Source: Pelagibacteraceae bacterium (lineage in GTDB: Bacteria; Pseudomonadota; Alphaproteobacteria; Pelagibacterales; AG-422-B15). From it: a stretch of DNA of 64,000 nucleotides. The stretch is taken from the NCBI GenBank assembly GCA_038103905.1, contig JAYNZW010000002.1, positions 10,293-74,292 on the forward strand. The letters run 5' to 3'. The position numbers and the translations under genes were made by a program. This document shows, piece by piece, positions 30,700-41,342 of this stretch. Positions within the stretch are counted from its first letter, which is position 1. Each line of letters begins with the position of its first letter. The notes beneath the pieces were generated by a model, which was given only the letters and a program-made list of their open reading frames with translations, was not told the origin of the DNA and made no database searches.

Positions 30700-31512
30700 T
30701 TAGTGCGAGTCTTTCCAAATAGCTTTGTTTGTAAAGTAAAATAAAAATGCAAGAATCAGCAGGTAAATTATTACCTTGAAACCCATTCTCTTTCGTTCCT
30801 CAAGTTTTGGTTCGGCCGACCAAGTAAGAAATGTTGTTACATCATGTGCCATTTGTTCTTCAGTGGCTGCTGTACCATCAGTATATTCAACTCCATCTTC
30901 ATAAAGTACTTGTGGCATCGCTATTCGCATTCCTTTAGCATATTCATTATAATAGACTCCATCGTCCAGATCTGTTCCTTCTGGAGCATCTTTATATCCT
31001 AAAAGAAGAGAGTAGATATAATCAGCGCCGTTTGGTCTTGCTTTTACGATCACTGAAAGATCAGGGGGATAAGCTCCACCATTTGCTGCTCTAGCCTGTT
31101 GCTCATTCTCCCATGGACTTACAAACTTATCAGATAGAATTGCAGGTCGCATGAACATTTCACCATCTTGGTCAGGTCCAGTTTCAACCTCAAACATTGC
31201 AGCCATAGCTTTAGCTTGTTTTTCAGAAAATTCTGGCCCACCTGGTTGAATTAGGTTTCTGTAGCTTAGTAAATCCATTGAATGACAACCTGAACATACT
31301 TCAGTATAAACTTGGTATCCTCTTTGTAGCGAGGCTCTCTCAAATTTTCCTAATGGACCTTCAAAAGACCAATATGGCCTCATTGGCTCATGAATTTCAG
31401 CTGCAATTGAAGTCGATTGATATGCCGAAACTGCCAATAGTATTGATAATATATATTTGATAGATCTAAACACGCTAAGCTGATGCAGCTTTCGCTGCCC
31501 TCTCCTTTTCAT
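30700..31512 (-). CDS. petC: Cytochrome c1 of the bc1 complex
   Basis: Heme motif CSGCHS, signal peptide and C-terminal TM anchor. The ATG at 31512 overlaps petB by 38 nt. An in-frame GTG at 31473, one nt after the petB stop, is an equally plausible start. Confidence 0.92.
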   Translation of the reverse strand: MKRRGQRKLHQLSVFRSIKYILSILLAVSAYQSTSIAAEIHEPMRPYWSFEGPLGKFERASLQRGYQVYTEVCSGCHSMDLLSYRNLIQPGGPEFSEKQAKAMAAMFEVETGPDQDGEMFMRPAILSDKFVSPWENEQQARAANGGAYPPDLSVIVKARPNGADYIYSLLLGYKDAPEGTDLDDGVYYNEYAKGMRIAMPQVLYEDGVEYTDGTAATEEQMAHDVTTFLTWSAEPKLEERKRMGFKVIIYLLILAFLFYFTNKAIWKDSH

Positions 31513-32722
31513 TTAGAACAGGCTCACTAATACTTTTTGGAAGTGGTTTTGTTTTTTCTACAAAACCTAATACTGGTAAGATAACAACGAAATGAACAAA
31601 ATAATAAATTGTCGCAATTCTTGAAATTATAACATAAATACCTTCTGCTGGTTGAGCTCCCAAATAACCAAGTAAAAGAAAATTAGCGAGAAAAATCCAA
31701 TAAAACTGTTTAAATAAAGGTCTGTACTTTGCTGACCTTACTTTGGAAGTATCCAGCCATGGTAAAAAAGCGAGAATTGCGATTGCTGAAACCATCATAA
31801 TTACGCCACCCAATTTATCGGGAATAGCTCTTAAGATTGCATAAAATGGAAGGAAGTACCATTCCGGCACAATGTGTTCAGGAGTTTGCAAAGGATTTGC
31901 CTGAATATAATTATCTGTATGACCTAATAAGTTCGGAGTAAAAAAAACAAAACCAGCAAATACAATCATAAATACGATTAAAGCAAAAACATCTTTTACT
32001 ACATAGTGCGGATGAAACGGAACTGTATCTTGTGATCCCTGAACAACATCGATGCCCTCAGGATTATTATTGCCAGGAACATGTAGGGCCCACACATGAA
32101 GTATGACCAGACCAAAAATTAGAAATGGAAGTAAGTAATGTAATGTAAAAAACCTTGTTAATAGAGGAGAGCCTACTGAGTAACCTCCCCACAACCAATT
32201 AGTTATTGACTCTCCAAAAACAGGGATTGCACTGAATAAATTAGTAATAACGGTAGCTCCCCAAAAACTCATTTGACCCCAGGGTAAAACGTAGCCCATA
32301 AATGCAGTAGCAATCATTAATAGAAATATGAACACACCGATTATCCAAATCAATTCTCTTGGCTCTTTATAGGAACCATAAAATAATGATCGTGCCATGT
32401 GAATATAGACAGCAATAAAGAACATTGAGGCACCATTTGCGTGAATATATCTCAACAGCCAACCATAGTTTACATCCCTCATGATGTGCTCAACACTTGA
32501 AAAGGCTAGCTCAGCATCTGCAATATAGTGCATTGCTAAAACTAGTCCCGTTATGATTTGGGTCACCAGGCAAAAGGTTAATATTCCACCAAATGTCCAC
32601 CAATAATTTAAATTTTTTGGTGTCGGATATTGCATCAAGTGTCCATTAAATAATGTGACAATTGGAAGCCTTTTATCTATCCATTTAGCAACTGCTGATT
32701 TTGGTTCGTAATCTGTACTCAT
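31475..32722 (-). CDS. petB: Cytochrome b
   Basis: 415 aa. A typical long bacterial cytochrome b ([19 protein letters not shown]). Confidence 0.97.
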   Translation of the reverse strand: MSTDYEPKSAVAKWIDKRLPIVTLFNGHLMQYPTPKNLNYWWTFGGILTFCLVTQIITGLVLAMHYIADAELAFSSVEHIMRDVNYGWLLRYIHANGASMFFIAVYIHMARSLFYGSYKEPRELIWIIGVFIFLLMIATAFMGYVLPWGQMSFWGATVITNLFSAIPVFGESITNWLWGGYSVGSPLLTRFFTLHYLLPFLIFGLVILHVWALHVPGNNNPEGIDVVQGSQDTVPFHPHYVVKDVFALIVFMIVFAGFVFFTPNLLGHTDNYIQANPLQTPEHIVPEWYFLPFYAILRAIPDKLGGVIMMVSAIAILAFLPWLDTSKVRSAKYRPLFKQFYWIFLANFLLLGYLGAQPAEGIYVIISRIATIYYFVHFVVILPVLGFVEKTKPLPKSISEPVLNEKERAAKAASA

Positions 32723-32730
32723 ATTAATGT

Positions 32731-33243
32731 TTATCCAATTTTTATCGTGTTATTGTCTAAAAATACATAGTCCGGAATTTCTAAATTTGTAGGTGCAGGT
32801 CCCTTTCTAATTCTACCAGAGGTATCATAATGTGATCCATGGCACGGACAGAACCAACCATTGTAATCACCCTTGTTTCCAAGTGGAATACAACCTAAAT
32901 GAGTACAAATGCCAACCATCACTAACCACTCAGGGTTTTGAACCCTAGTGTCATCACCTTCAGGATCAGGTAGGTCTTCTAACTTCACTTTTTGAGCTTC
33001 GTTAATTTCTTCTTCAGTCCTTCTTCTTATAAAAACTGGCTTTCCACGCCATAAAACAGTGATACTTTGACCTGGTACGATTGTAGATACGTCTACTTCA
33101 GTTGAAGCAAGGGCTTTAACTGATGCATCAGGATTCATTTGTGATACAAGAGGTATACCTATTGTTGCAGCTCCCGCAGCACTGAATGCCGCAGTTGAAA
33201 TGAAAAGAAAATTTCTTCTAGTTACTGGCTTTGAGTCCGACAA
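32731..33243 (-). CDS. petA: Ubiquinol-cytochrome c reductase Rieske iron-sulfur subunit
   Basis: Tat-type signal TRRNFLF; Rieske boxes CTHLGC and CPCHGS. The start codon is TTG (complement of 33241-33243). Confidence 0.95.
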   Translation of the reverse strand: MSDSKPVTRRNFLFISTAAFSAAGAATIGIPLVSQMNPDASVKALASTEVDVSTIVPGQSITVLWRGKPVFIRRRTEEEINEAQKVKLEDLPDPEGDDTRVQNPEWLVMVGICTHLGCIPLGNKGDYNGWFCPCHGSHYDTSGRIRKGPAPTNLEIPDYVFLDNNTIKIG

Positions 33244-33372
33244 ATTTACAATCTCTTATTGAATAATTAGTATTTAATCCCAATATGTTCTTTTATCAAA
33301 AAACCATTGAATTTGTCACCTAAATTTTGTGGCAAGATGACGCATATTAAAAAATTAGATAAGATAAAAATT

Positions 33373-33819
33373 ATGAAATTAGTCATTTTTCAACCTGATA
33401 TACCTCAAAACACTGGTGCAATGATTAGAACCTGTGCATGCTTTGATACAGACATTGAGATTATTCACCCTTGCAGCTTTCCTCTTAATGGTAAACTCCT
33501 TAAAAGATCTGCAATGGATTATGGAAGTTCAATTAAAATAACCGAGCATGATAGTTGGGATGCATTTAGAAAATCACTAAAATCAAAAAAAAGAATTATA
33601 TTGCTCTCTACTAAGGGAAAGATTGATTATACTGATTTTATTTTTCAGAATGATGATTGCTTAATGGTTGGAAGAGAATCTGCCGGTGTTCCTAATGAAA
33701 TCCATAATGAGGTAGATGAAGTTGTTACTATTCCAATCTCTAAATCATCCAGATCTCTGAATGTTTCAACGGCAGCTGCAATTGCTTTATCTGAAGCAAA
33801 AAGACAGCTAAAAGTATAA
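33373..33819 (+). CDS. trmL: tRNA (cytidine/uridine-2'-O)-methyltransferase TrmL (SpoU family)
   Basis: SPOUT motifs NTGAMIRTC, GRESAGVP and LNVSTAAAIAL. Family members begin at the MKLVIFQPDIP-type N-terminus, so I use the ATG at 33373 rather than the track start 33307. Confidence 0.85.
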   Translation: MKLVIFQPDIPQNTGAMIRTCACFDTDIEIIHPCSFPLNGKLLKRSAMDYGSSIKITEHDSWDAFRKSLKSKKRIILLSTKGKIDYTDFIFQNDDCLMVGRESAGVPNEIHNEVDEVVTIPISKSSRSLNVSTAAAIALSEAKRQLKV

Positions 33820-33821
33820 AT

Positions 33822-34667
33822 ATGAAATATTTGAAAAAGAAAGAACTAGCTCAAAAATGGTTTAGATCGCTACGTAATGAAGTAATTAACCAATTTGAAA
33901 AAATTGAGAATCAAAACTCTAAAAAACAAATAAAATTTAAGAAAAAAAATTGGAAAAGAAAACCACATCTTAAAAAAGATAATGGTGGTGGTGAAATGGC
34001 AATAATGCATGGGGATATTTTTGAAAAAGTTGGTGTAAATATATCTACAGTTTATGGCCAGTTATCGAATGACTTCAAAAAAAATATACCTGGTACAAAT
34101 AAAAATTCTAATTTTTGGGCTAGCGGAATTTCAATTGTTGCTCATATGCAAAATCCTTACTTACCTTCATTTCATTTTAACACGCGAATGATTCAAACAT
34201 CTAAAATATGGTTTGGAGGCGGTATGGATATGACTCCTACTTTTAAAAATATTAAGCATAAAAAATTATTTCATAAAAAAATTAAAAATATGTGTGATAC
34301 GCATGATAAAAATTATTATAAGAATTTTTCAAAATATTGTGATGAATATTTCTATTTGCCCCATAGAAAAGAAGCTCGCGGTGATGGTGGCATCTTTTAT
34401 GATTATCTTAGCTCAGATTCATGGGAAGACGATTTTGATTTTACAAAAGATGTTGGTACTTGTTTTATTGATGCGATCAGAGAAATAATAATGATGGATA
34501 TTAATAAAAAGTGGAAAAAATCACATAAAGAACAACAAAAAATTAAACGTGGTCGATATGTTGAGTTTAATTTATTATATGATCGAGGTACAAAGTTTGG
34601 ACTTCAAACTGATGGCAATATAGATGCCATTTTGATGTCAATGCCTCCTGAAGCTAAATGGATTTAA
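33822..34667 (+). CDS. hemF: Oxygen-dependent coproporphyrinogen III oxidase
   Basis: GGGEMAIMHG, SFHFNTRM and RGRYVEFNLLYDRGTKFGLQT signatures. Confidence 0.92.
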   Translation: MKYLKKKELAQKWFRSLRNEVINQFEKIENQNSKKQIKFKKKNWKRKPHLKKDNGGGEMAIMHGDIFEKVGVNISTVYGQLSNDFKKNIPGTNKNSNFWASGISIVAHMQNPYLPSFHFNTRMIQTSKIWFGGGMDMTPTFKNIKHKKLFHKKIKNMCDTHDKNYYKNFSKYCDEYFYLPHRKEARGDGGIFYDYLSSDSWEDDFDFTKDVGTCFIDAIREIIMMDINKKWKKSHKEQQKIKRGRYVEFNLLYDRGTKFGLQTDGNIDAILMSMPPEAKWI

Positions 34668-34671
34668 TAAT

Positions 34672-35148
34672 ATGACAGAACCAATAACTGTAAATGGTGC
34701 TCAAAAATTGCAAGACGAGCTTAATGATTTAGTAAATAATAAACGTCAGCAGGTAATTCAAGCAATTGCAGATGCCAGAGAACACGGTGACTTAAAAGAA
34801 AATGCTGAATATCATGCTGCCAAAGAAGAACAAGGACACATCGAAAGTCGGATCCAAGAGATACAATTATTGCTATCTAATGCAGAAATAATCGACATTA
34901 CAAAATTAGACCAAAAAATAAAAACTGTAGTCTTTGGATCAACTGTTGAATTATCAGATCTTGATGATGATACAAAGGTAAAGTACCAAATTGTTGGAAA
35001 TGATGAAGCAGAAATAGAAAAAGGACTTATATCTTTTAAATCTCCAGTTGCATCAGCACTAATTGGTAAAGAGAAAGGTGATTTTGTTACCGTATCAACT
35101 CCAAAAGGTGAAAAAAGTTATGAAGTGGTGAAAGTAATTTATAAATAA
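34672..35148 (+). CDS. greA: Transcription elongation factor GreA
   Basis: Coiled-coil N-domain with GDLKENAEYHAAKEEQ, plus an FKBP-like C-domain. Confidence 0.95.
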   Translation: MTEPITVNGAQKLQDELNDLVNNKRQQVIQAIADAREHGDLKENAEYHAAKEEQGHIESRIQEIQLLLSNAEIIDITKLDQKIKTVVFGSTVELSDLDDDTKVKYQIVGNDEAEIEKGLISFKSPVASALIGKEKGDFVTVSTPKGEKSYEVVKVIYK

Positions 35149-36375
35149 CTATTTATAAGATAAACAAATTGCCTTTAACCGCTCAAAAATTGAATACTCA
35201 TCATCAATAAAATCATTATCTATCCACCATTCTTCTAATTCAGATAATATTGTGCCCACTAAAGGACCTTCTTTTATTCCCATTCGAATTATTTCATTTG
35301 CTCCAAAAGAAAAATTTGGTCTTTCAAAATTTTTTGCTATTTCATAAAGTGTATGCCAATTGAGATCATTTTTTTGGTTTGGATCTTTAACCCAATTTAA
35401 AACTAAAAAGTTCTGAAATTTTGTTATACCCATACGATATAACTTAGCTCGTGACTCTTTAATTGATAAGTATGATCTGATCGATAAATCTAAGTTCGCA
35501 AATGATTTCAATTTTTCAGAATCTTCTTTGCTCATAGAAAACTGATTTAAAAAAATATCAGTCTTATATTCAGAGTTCTCAAGTAAAATTGAAAGCTTGA
35601 GCTGAGGATCAATAGACTCATTAATTTTATCCTCAATTTGCAGCAACTTTGAATATTCTTGAGTTAGTAAGAGTTGTTCAGAGACTGAAGATAAAATATT
35701 TAATTCATGCATTAATGAAAGAGATTTGAGAGAATGGGTATTACTGATAATTTTTTTTAACTCACTCCAAATTCTTTCTTTTGATATTTTGCTTAAGTTT
35801 ATTGATTCTTCCTTAAAGATTTTATTTAATTTTGAGTTATTATCTAGGTTTGAAAAATCATTATAAAATCTAAAATATCTAAGAATTCTCAAGTAATCTT
35901 CTTTGATTCTTTCTTCAGCGCTACCAATAAATCTAAGTTCTCTATTTTCTAAATCCTTTAGTCCATCATGAAAATCGTAGAGTTCTCCATTTCGACTTGC
36001 ATATATGGCATTTATAGTAAAATCTCTTCTGAAAGAGTCAGCTTTCATATCTTTTGTGTAGCTAACATTTGCATATCTTCCATCTGTCTCTATATCTTCT
36101 CTAAATGAGGTAATTTCATATTTTTTTGAATTTACTATCGCGGTAACCGTCCCATAGTTAATGCCAATATCATAGAATTCTATATTTTTATTAGTAAGAA
36201 CCTGTACAACTTCTTTAGGTTCAATATCAACTGCAAAGTCTATATCCTCAACTTTTTTTCCTGATAGAAAATCACGAATACAACCTCCAACGAGGTAAAC
36301 ACCCTGATTCTCACTAAATAGATCAAATATATTTTTTGCATCAGGCGAGTTAACAAGTTCAATTATTTTTTTCAT
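35149..36375 (-). CDS. cca: CCA tRNA nucleotidyltransferase / poly(A) polymerase-family enzyme
   Basis: Nucleotidyltransferase head VYLVGGCIRD...DIDFAV and the RRDFTINA motif. Confidence 0.8.
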   Translation of the reverse strand: MKKIIELVNSPDAKNIFDLFSENQGVYLVGGCIRDFLSGKKVEDIDFAVDIEPKEVVQVLTNKNIEFYDIGINYGTVTAIVNSKKYEITSFREDIETDGRYANVSYTKDMKADSFRRDFTINAIYASRNGELYDFHDGLKDLENRELRFIGSAEERIKEDYLRILRYFRFYNDFSNLDNNSKLNKIFKEESINLSKISKERIWSELKKIISNTHSLKSLSLMHELNILSSVSEQLLLTQEYSKLLQIEDKINESIDPQLKLSILLENSEYKTDIFLNQFSMSKEDSEKLKSFANLDLSIRSYLSIKESRAKLYRMGITKFQNFLVLNWVKDPNQKNDLNWHTLYEIAKNFERPNFSFGANEIIRMGIKEGPLVGTILSELEEWWIDNDFIDDEYSIFERLKAICLSYK

Positions 36376-37001
36376 TTTGATTTATTCATAATAACTTCAT
36401 AAAGATTTATTAACATACCAGCTGTAGCGCCCCATATATAATGGTCTTTGTACTGAATAACATTAAAATCATATTCATATGAACTATCACCTTGTTTAAA
36501 TGATTTAATTTCACGAGTATGATTACTAGAGTCCATCAAAAAATTAAGCGGAAGAAAGAAAATACTCTCTACTTCTTCCTCGTTAACTTGAAACTCAGTC
36601 TGATCATTTATTATAGCAAGTATTGGCATGATTCTAAAACCTGTTCCAGTTTGATACGCATCTAAACTTCCTAATATACTAATGTTTTTTGGTTTAACTC
36701 CAACTTCCTCATAACTCTCTCGAATTGCAGTATCAACAGGTGAAGCATCCATTGAGTCTATGCGTCCACCAGGAAAACTTACTTGACCCGCATGGTCTTC
36801 TAGATGAGCAGATCTGTTAGTAAGTAATATGTTAATCTTGCCATCTATTTTTAAAAATGACACTAGAACAGATGCCCTTGTTAAACTTAAACTGATACCA
36901 GAATTAATACATTCCTTTTCAAAGGAATCATGAGTCAATTCTTTTTTTTGTTCTAAAAACTTAAATAATTCTTTTATTGATATATCTTCTTTATAACTCA
37001 T
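36372..37001 (-). CDS. NUDIX hydrolase, CoA pyrophosphatase type
   Basis: Nudix box GGRIDSMDASPVDTAIRESYEEVGV, preceded by the CoA-pyrophosphatase-type LLTNRSAHLEDHAGQVSFPGG. Confidence 0.8.
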   Translation of the reverse strand: MSYKEDISIKELFKFLEQKKELTHDSFEKECINSGISLSLTRASVLVSFLKIDGKINILLTNRSAHLEDHAGQVSFPGGRIDSMDASPVDTAIRESYEEVGVKPKNISILGSLDAYQTGTGFRIMPILAIINDQTEFQVNEEEVESIFFLPLNFLMDSSNHTREIKSFKQGDSSYEYDFNVIQYKDHYIWGATAGMLINLYEVIMNKSK

Positions 37002-37563
37002 AAAGTTTAAAATAATTATTATTACTTGATAGTGCTAAGCATCTTTTATTTTCTATCATTACTTCTTGAGCATCATCAATCATTTCATAATAAACTGATC
37101 TTGAAATTAGAGCCTTCAAATTTCTTCTTACTGTAATGTAAGGCTTTGGATGATTATTCTCATTCACACTTATTTCTATTGGATTTTCATTCGATAGCTT
37201 TATTTTTTCCAGAGTATTAGTATAAAAATAAAAACTTGTTATACTTTCAATTGTATTTTTTTCCATAGAAATAATAAAGAAAGGCGCATCCTCAACCTCA
37301 ATTTTCAATTTTTCTACAGGAGTAACTAGATAAAAATTACCATCACTATCAAGTCTTAGTACGCTTGAGAATAATTTAACCAGGGCGGGTCTTTTGATTT
37401 CTGAACCCATATAAAACCATTTACCATTTTGGCTTATTTTTATATCTATTTCTCCACAGTAATCTGGATTCCAACTTTCTACTGGAGGGTTTTTTTGTTT
37501 AGTATTTTTTGCATGACTATAAATTGTTTCTAAACCTTTAGGAAAATTAGTAATATCAGTCAT
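36991..37563 (-). CDS. DUF1285 domain-containing protein
   Basis: The core GKWFYMGSEIKRPALVKLFSSVLRLDSDGNFYLVTPVEKLKIEVEDAPF matches the DUF1285 pattern. The DUF1285-nudix-cca order is common in alphaproteobacteria (from memory). Confidence 0.6.
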   Translation of the reverse strand: MTDITNFPKGLETIYSHAKNTKQKNPPVESWNPDYCGEIDIKISQNGKWFYMGSEIKRPALVKLFSSVLRLDSDGNFYLVTPVEKLKIEVEDAPFFIISMEKNTIESITSFYFYTNTLEKIKLSNENPIEISVNENNHPKPYITVRRNLKALISRSVYYEMIDDAQEVMIENKRCLALSSNNNYFKLYEL

Positions 37564-37565
37564 AA

Positions 37566-38054
37566 CTAAATAAGCTTAATTCTTTTTAATTTTTTGAGTT
37601 CCACTTTATCGTCCAAATTTAGTATGAGAACTTTATCAGGATTGACTGGACCAATTAACTCTAAAGGTTGCGAAATTTTTTCAAAGTTGAACCGTTTATA
37701 ATAATCAAAATCACCAACTAAAACTATAAAACTATATTTTTTACTATGTTTAATTAAATTTATTGTTTTTTCTACTAATGCAACTCCATAGCCTTTGCCA
37801 ATGTGATCAGGTTTTACCACGAGTGGCCCCAAAAGCACTCCTATAAATAAATTATTCAAACAAATTTCGCTGTAAGAAATACTTGCTAAAAGTTGTTTAC
37901 CCGCTTGATATACATAAGAATACTCTAGTAGAATTTTATTTTTTTCTCGATACCTATATGCAGTTCTTGCATATCTTCCAGGACCAAAAGACTCGTCCAA
38001 AATTCTTTCTATATTTTTATGATCTTTGTTCTCAGTTAATCTGATATTTTTCAT
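37566..38054 (-). CDS. GNAT-family N-acetyltransferase
   Basis: Acetyl-CoA binding motif HIGKGYGVALV and overall GNAT length and topology. Confidence 0.75.
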   Translation of the reverse strand: MKNIRLTENKDHKNIERILDESFGPGRYARTAYRYREKNKILLEYSYVYQAGKQLLASISYSEICLNNLFIGVLLGPLVVKPDHIGKGYGVALVEKTINLIKHSKKYSFIVLVGDFDYYKRFNFEKISQPLELIGPVNPDKVLILNLDDKVELKKLKRIKLI

Positions 38055-38132
38055 GCTAAATAATAAGTGTATAAAAATAAATTTAAATCGGTATGATTTT
38101 ATATTTAAAATTAATTATTTGGGAGAATTTTT

Positions 38133-38588
38133 ATGAAAACAGTTGATGTTAATGAGTTAGAAAATATAAAAGGTCAAGATCTAGGTCATTCAGACTGGAT
38201 GGCAATTGAACAAGATAGAATTAATCAGTTTGCAGATGCAACCGGAGATCATCAATGGATTCATTTAGATGCTGAAAAAGCAGCAAAAGAACTGCCTACA
38301 AAATCCACAATTGCTCATGGGTTTCTCAGCTTATCACTAATAGTGCCTCTAGCAGCGCAAGTATGGTCTATTACGGGGGCAAAAATGATGATCAACTATG
38401 GTCTCAATAAAGTAAGATTTATAAATATGGTTCCTGTAGGTTCAAAAGTTCGACTTGGAGTGAAAATTTCTGAAGTAAACAAGCTTGACAATGGTGGAAC
38501 TCAAGTCATTTCAGAAGCAACCTTAGAGATTGATGGTCAGGAAAAACCTGCTTATGTAGCTGAATCTATTATGGTTGCATTTCCATAG
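38133..38588 (+). CDS. MaoC-like (R)-specific enoyl-CoA hydratase/dehydratase
   Basis: Hot-dog fold with FADATGDHQWIHLD and IAHGFL motifs. Confidence 0.85.
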   Translation: MKTVDVNELENIKGQDLGHSDWMAIEQDRINQFADATGDHQWIHLDAEKAAKELPTKSTIAHGFLSLSLIVPLAAQVWSITGAKMMINYGLNKVRFINMVPVGSKVRLGVKISEVNKLDNGGTQVISEATLEIDGQEKPAYVAESIMVAFP

Positions 38589-38599
38589 GAGCAAGTTAG

Positions 38600-39439
38600 G
38601 TGCCCAATAAGTCTTACCCTGATACAGATGCATATGGCGCACTTAGTAATAAGAGAGAAGTAAAAGTTTTATCATGGAATATCTGGTGGAAATTTGAAGA
38701 CTATCTAAGTCGTCAAAAACTAATATTTGATGAACTTAAAAATTCTCAACCCGACATTTTATGCCTTCAAGAAGTATGGGAAGACAATGATGGAAGCCAA
38801 GCAAAAGAAATAGCTGATTTATTTGGTTATGATTATTGTTATTCAAAATCATTTGATTTTGATGAAGTTTCCTTTGGTAATGCAATAATTTCAAAATATC
38901 CAATAATTAATCATACATTCCATTTAATACCTACAGAGAATGAATTTAATGAAAATCGTACTTTGCTTCATGCAGAAATTTTATATGAGAAAAACAAAAT
39001 AAACGTTCTGTGCACTCATTTAAATTATAAATACAATCAAGGTGATATTCGAAAAAAACAAGTTAACTACATACTAGAATACATCAGTAAGTTGGAAAAA
39101 TCGACATTCCCAAATATTCTGTGTGGTGACTTTAATGCTGATCCAAATAGTGACGAAATAAGATTAATTTTAGGTCTTACTTCACCAGTATATAGAACTG
39201 TTTTAAGAGACTCGTGGCAAATAACTAATCCAAATGATCACGGCTATACATGGTCAAATGAAAATACTTTTGCGCAAAAAACTCTGGAGCCAAATAGACG
39301 AATTGATTATATATTTGTTGGAAGTCCGGGTAAAAATGGTCTCGGCCACCCTCTGAAATCATATTTAATTGGAAATAAAGAAAAAGACGGACTGTATCCA
39401 AGTGATCATTTTGGTATAATGACGTGTCTTGAGGGCTAG
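38600..39439 (+). CDS. Endonuclease/exonuclease/phosphatase (EEP) family protein
   Basis: GTG start. EEP motifs SWNIW, ILCLQEV, CGDFN and the C-terminal SDHFG. Confidence 0.8.
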   Translation: MPNKSYPDTDAYGALSNKREVKVLSWNIWWKFEDYLSRQKLIFDELKNSQPDILCLQEVWEDNDGSQAKEIADLFGYDYCYSKSFDFDEVSFGNAIISKYPIINHTFHLIPTENEFNENRTLLHAEILYEKNKINVLCTHLNYKYNQGDIRKKQVNYILEYISKLEKSTFPNILCGDFNADPNSDEIRLILGLTSPVYRTVLRDSWQITNPNDHGYTWSNENTFAQKTLEPNRRIDYIFVGSPGKNGLGHPLKSYLIGNKEKDGLYPSDHFGIMTCLEG

Positions 39440-39441
39440 GT

Positions 39442-39819
39442 ATGAATATCTTACTAATAATTTTTTTGGGTGGTGGAACTGGAGCTACTCTAAGATATTT
39501 AATTTCAGAACTAATATACAGGGCCGCTCCATCATCTGTTTGGTATGGAACTGTTAGTGTAAATTTAATTGGAGCATTTCTGATGGGTGCTTTGTTTTAC
39601 TTTATTTCATCTAAAATCTTAATCAACGAGCATATAAAAATTTTTCTCACTATTGGATTTCTGGGTGGATTTACCACATTTTCGAGCTTTAATTTAGATT
39701 TTTATAATTTATTAGAAGCCTCCAATTATCTGCAAGCTATCAGTTATGCGTTAATTTCTCTAATTGGTACAATAATTCTATTTTTTATAGGTTTTAATTT
39801 AGTAAAATTCTTATTTTAA
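39442..39819 (+). CDS. crcB: Fluoride ion channel CrcB/FluC
   Basis: 125 aa, four TM segments, GFLGGFTTFSSF signature. Confidence 0.87.
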   Translation: MNILLIIFLGGGTGATLRYLISELIYRAAPSSVWYGTVSVNLIGAFLMGALFYFISSKILINEHIKIFLTIGFLGGFTTFSSFNLDFYNLLEASNYLQAISYALISLIGTIILFFIGFNLVKFLF

Positions 39820-40371
39820 TTATCTTTTTCGCTTTTCAAGCATGTAATCTGCTAAACCTTGATAACCTTTTTGAATCATCATCCTAACTGATGCTGAGTT
39901 CATATTATCGTTAAGTGGTGGAATATTGTGCGCCTTTACGGTTGTATTCATGTATTGAGCTGCACTGCAAATCGCAATGACTTCAGAAATAACATTTTCA
40001 GGAAATCCATTAGACAAAATATCGTCAACATCATTTTGACTAATTGAAGATAGATCCTCATTAACCTTGTAAGAAAATTTAAGAATTGATTTATATTCTT
40101 CCTCTATACTCGCCATCGAAATATCTTCTAATGGAGAAGAAGTTCTAATTTCATCAATTAATTCTTTTGCAATCTCAGCATGAATATTCTTACAGTAGAC
40201 ACATCCATTAAGGCTAGAAATATATGCAAAAATCATCTCCTTAATATGAATTGGTAAAATCGTTTCATTGTACAAAAGTTTTTCAAGAAACATTACATAA
40301 TGAGATTGATAATCCCAGTTATCTAAGAAAACATTATAGACAGATTTATATTTGTTTAAAAAATCACTCAT
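39820..40371 (-). CDS. Carboxymuconolactone decarboxylase / AhpD-like family protein
   Basis: 183 aa, all-helical, with the CxxC-containing segment LNGCVYCKNIHAEIA typical of AhpD-like peroxidase-related proteins. Confidence 0.6.
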   Translation of the reverse strand: MSDFLNKYKSVYNVFLDNWDYQSHYVMFLEKLLYNETILPIHIKEMIFAYISSLNGCVYCKNIHAEIAKELIDEIRTSSPLEDISMASIEEEYKSILKFSYKVNEDLSSISQNDVDDILSNGFPENVISEVIAICSAAQYMNTTVKAHNIPPLNDNMNSASVRMMIQKGYQGLADYMLEKRKR

Positions 40372-40382
40372 ACAAAAACCTT

Positions 40383-40458
40383 TGGCTGGGGCGGAAGGAT
40401 TCGAACCTTCGAAATGCCGCTACCAAAAAGCGGTGCCTTACCACTTGGCTACGCCCCA
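40383..40458 (-). tRNA. tRNA-Gln (anticodon UUG), CCA encoded
   Basis: Reverse complement: TGGGGCGTAGCCAAGTGGTAAGGCACCGCTTTTTGGTAGCGGCATTTCGAAGGTTCGAATCCTTCCGCCCCAGCCA. It has a 7-bp acceptor stem, anticodon stem CCGCT/AGCGG with loop TTTTGGT (anticodon TTG), and T-arm GGTTCGAATCC. It closely resembles E. coli tRNA-Gln. Confidence 0.95.
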
Positions 40459-40505
40459 ATTAATTGAATAATAACATTTAGTTTAACATCTTTAGAATGC
40501 AAGAA

Positions 40506-41339
40506 TTATATTATTCTGGATAAATGAAACCACCAGTTAGAATGGTTACTTTTCAGCGTATTTAGTGCTTCTTGAGCTAAATCTTTTTCATGAAATACAG
40601 CAAAACAACATGATCCACTTCCTGTCATTCTTGAATATAATGATCCATCTGTAGATGAAAGCTCATCAATTATGATTTTTATATCTGGACAAAGTTTTAC
40701 TGCCGCATCTTGTAAAGAGTTTGATGAAGATTTCATAATAATATCAAAATCATATACTTTTTGATCAATTGAAAAGCTGCTTTTGTCATCAAATTGACTA
40801 TTCATTTCATAAGTTTTTTGAGTAGATAACATAAAATTAGGATAAACTAATAAAATATATAATTTTTTAAAAGCCTTTATTCTCTGATGGATGCTTCCTT
40901 TTCCAACTATAATGGCAGGACTCTCATCAAAAAAGAACTCTATATCAGATCCTAGTTCTCTAGCCGTTATTAATGCATCTTTGTATTCAATTAAATTTTT
41001 CGAACATAAATATTTTAATATTGTTGCTATATTGCTTGAACCGCCTCCAAGTCCTGCTCCTACAGGAATCTTCTTAACAATATCGATAAAATACTTATCT
41101 GAATTTAAATAACCTTTCTTTAATAAATATTCAAATAACATCAGAATATTATTTTGATTAATGTCTTTTGAAAATTCACCTGAAAAATTTATACCTAAAG
41201 ATTTTGACTCCTTTATCTTTATCTCATCATTTAGGTCAATTAACGTAATAATTGAATGAATATTATGATAGCCACCAATGTCTTTAGACAGAACGTCTAA
41301 AAAGAGATTTATCTTCGCAGGTGATTTTAGAAACTTCAT
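40506..41339 (-). CDS. ispE: 4-diphosphocytidyl-2-C-methyl-D-erythritol kinase
   Basis: N-terminus PAKINLFLDV and GHMP kinase motif PVGAGLGGGSSNIA. Confidence 0.9.
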   Translation of the reverse strand: MKFLKSPAKINLFLDVLSKDIGGYHNIHSIITLIDLNDEIKIKESKSLGINFSGEFSKDINQNNILMLFEYLLKKGYLNSDKYFIDIVKKIPVGAGLGGGSSNIATILKYLCSKNLIEYKDALITARELGSDIEFFFDESPAIIVGKGSIHQRIKAFKKLYILLVYPNFMLSTQKTYEMNSQFDDKSSFSIDQKVYDFDIIMKSSSNSLQDAAVKLCPDIKIIIDELSSTDGSLYSRMTGSGSCCFAVFHEKDLAQEALNTLKSNHSNWWFHLSRII

Positions 41340-41342
41340 TTG

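Noticed and set aside
29273-33243. A visibly GC-richer block (permease plus petABC) as a possible horizontally acquired island
   Set aside because: It encodes core, highly conserved membrane and respiratory proteins in normal alphaproteobacterial synteny. The higher GC is explained by Gly/Ala/Pro/Trp-rich membrane protein composition. There are no integrase, tRNA-flanking repeats or mobility genes.
33307-33372. N-terminal extensions suggested by the ORF track for trmL (33307), atpB (52399), the SDR (14091), the RimJ-like GNAT (57143) and ccrM (46155, TTG)
   Set aside because: In each case an internal ATG gives an N-terminus collinear with the protein family and removes an overlap with the upstream gene. 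The extensions have no family counterpart, so I treated them as non-coding or as part of the neighbouring gene.
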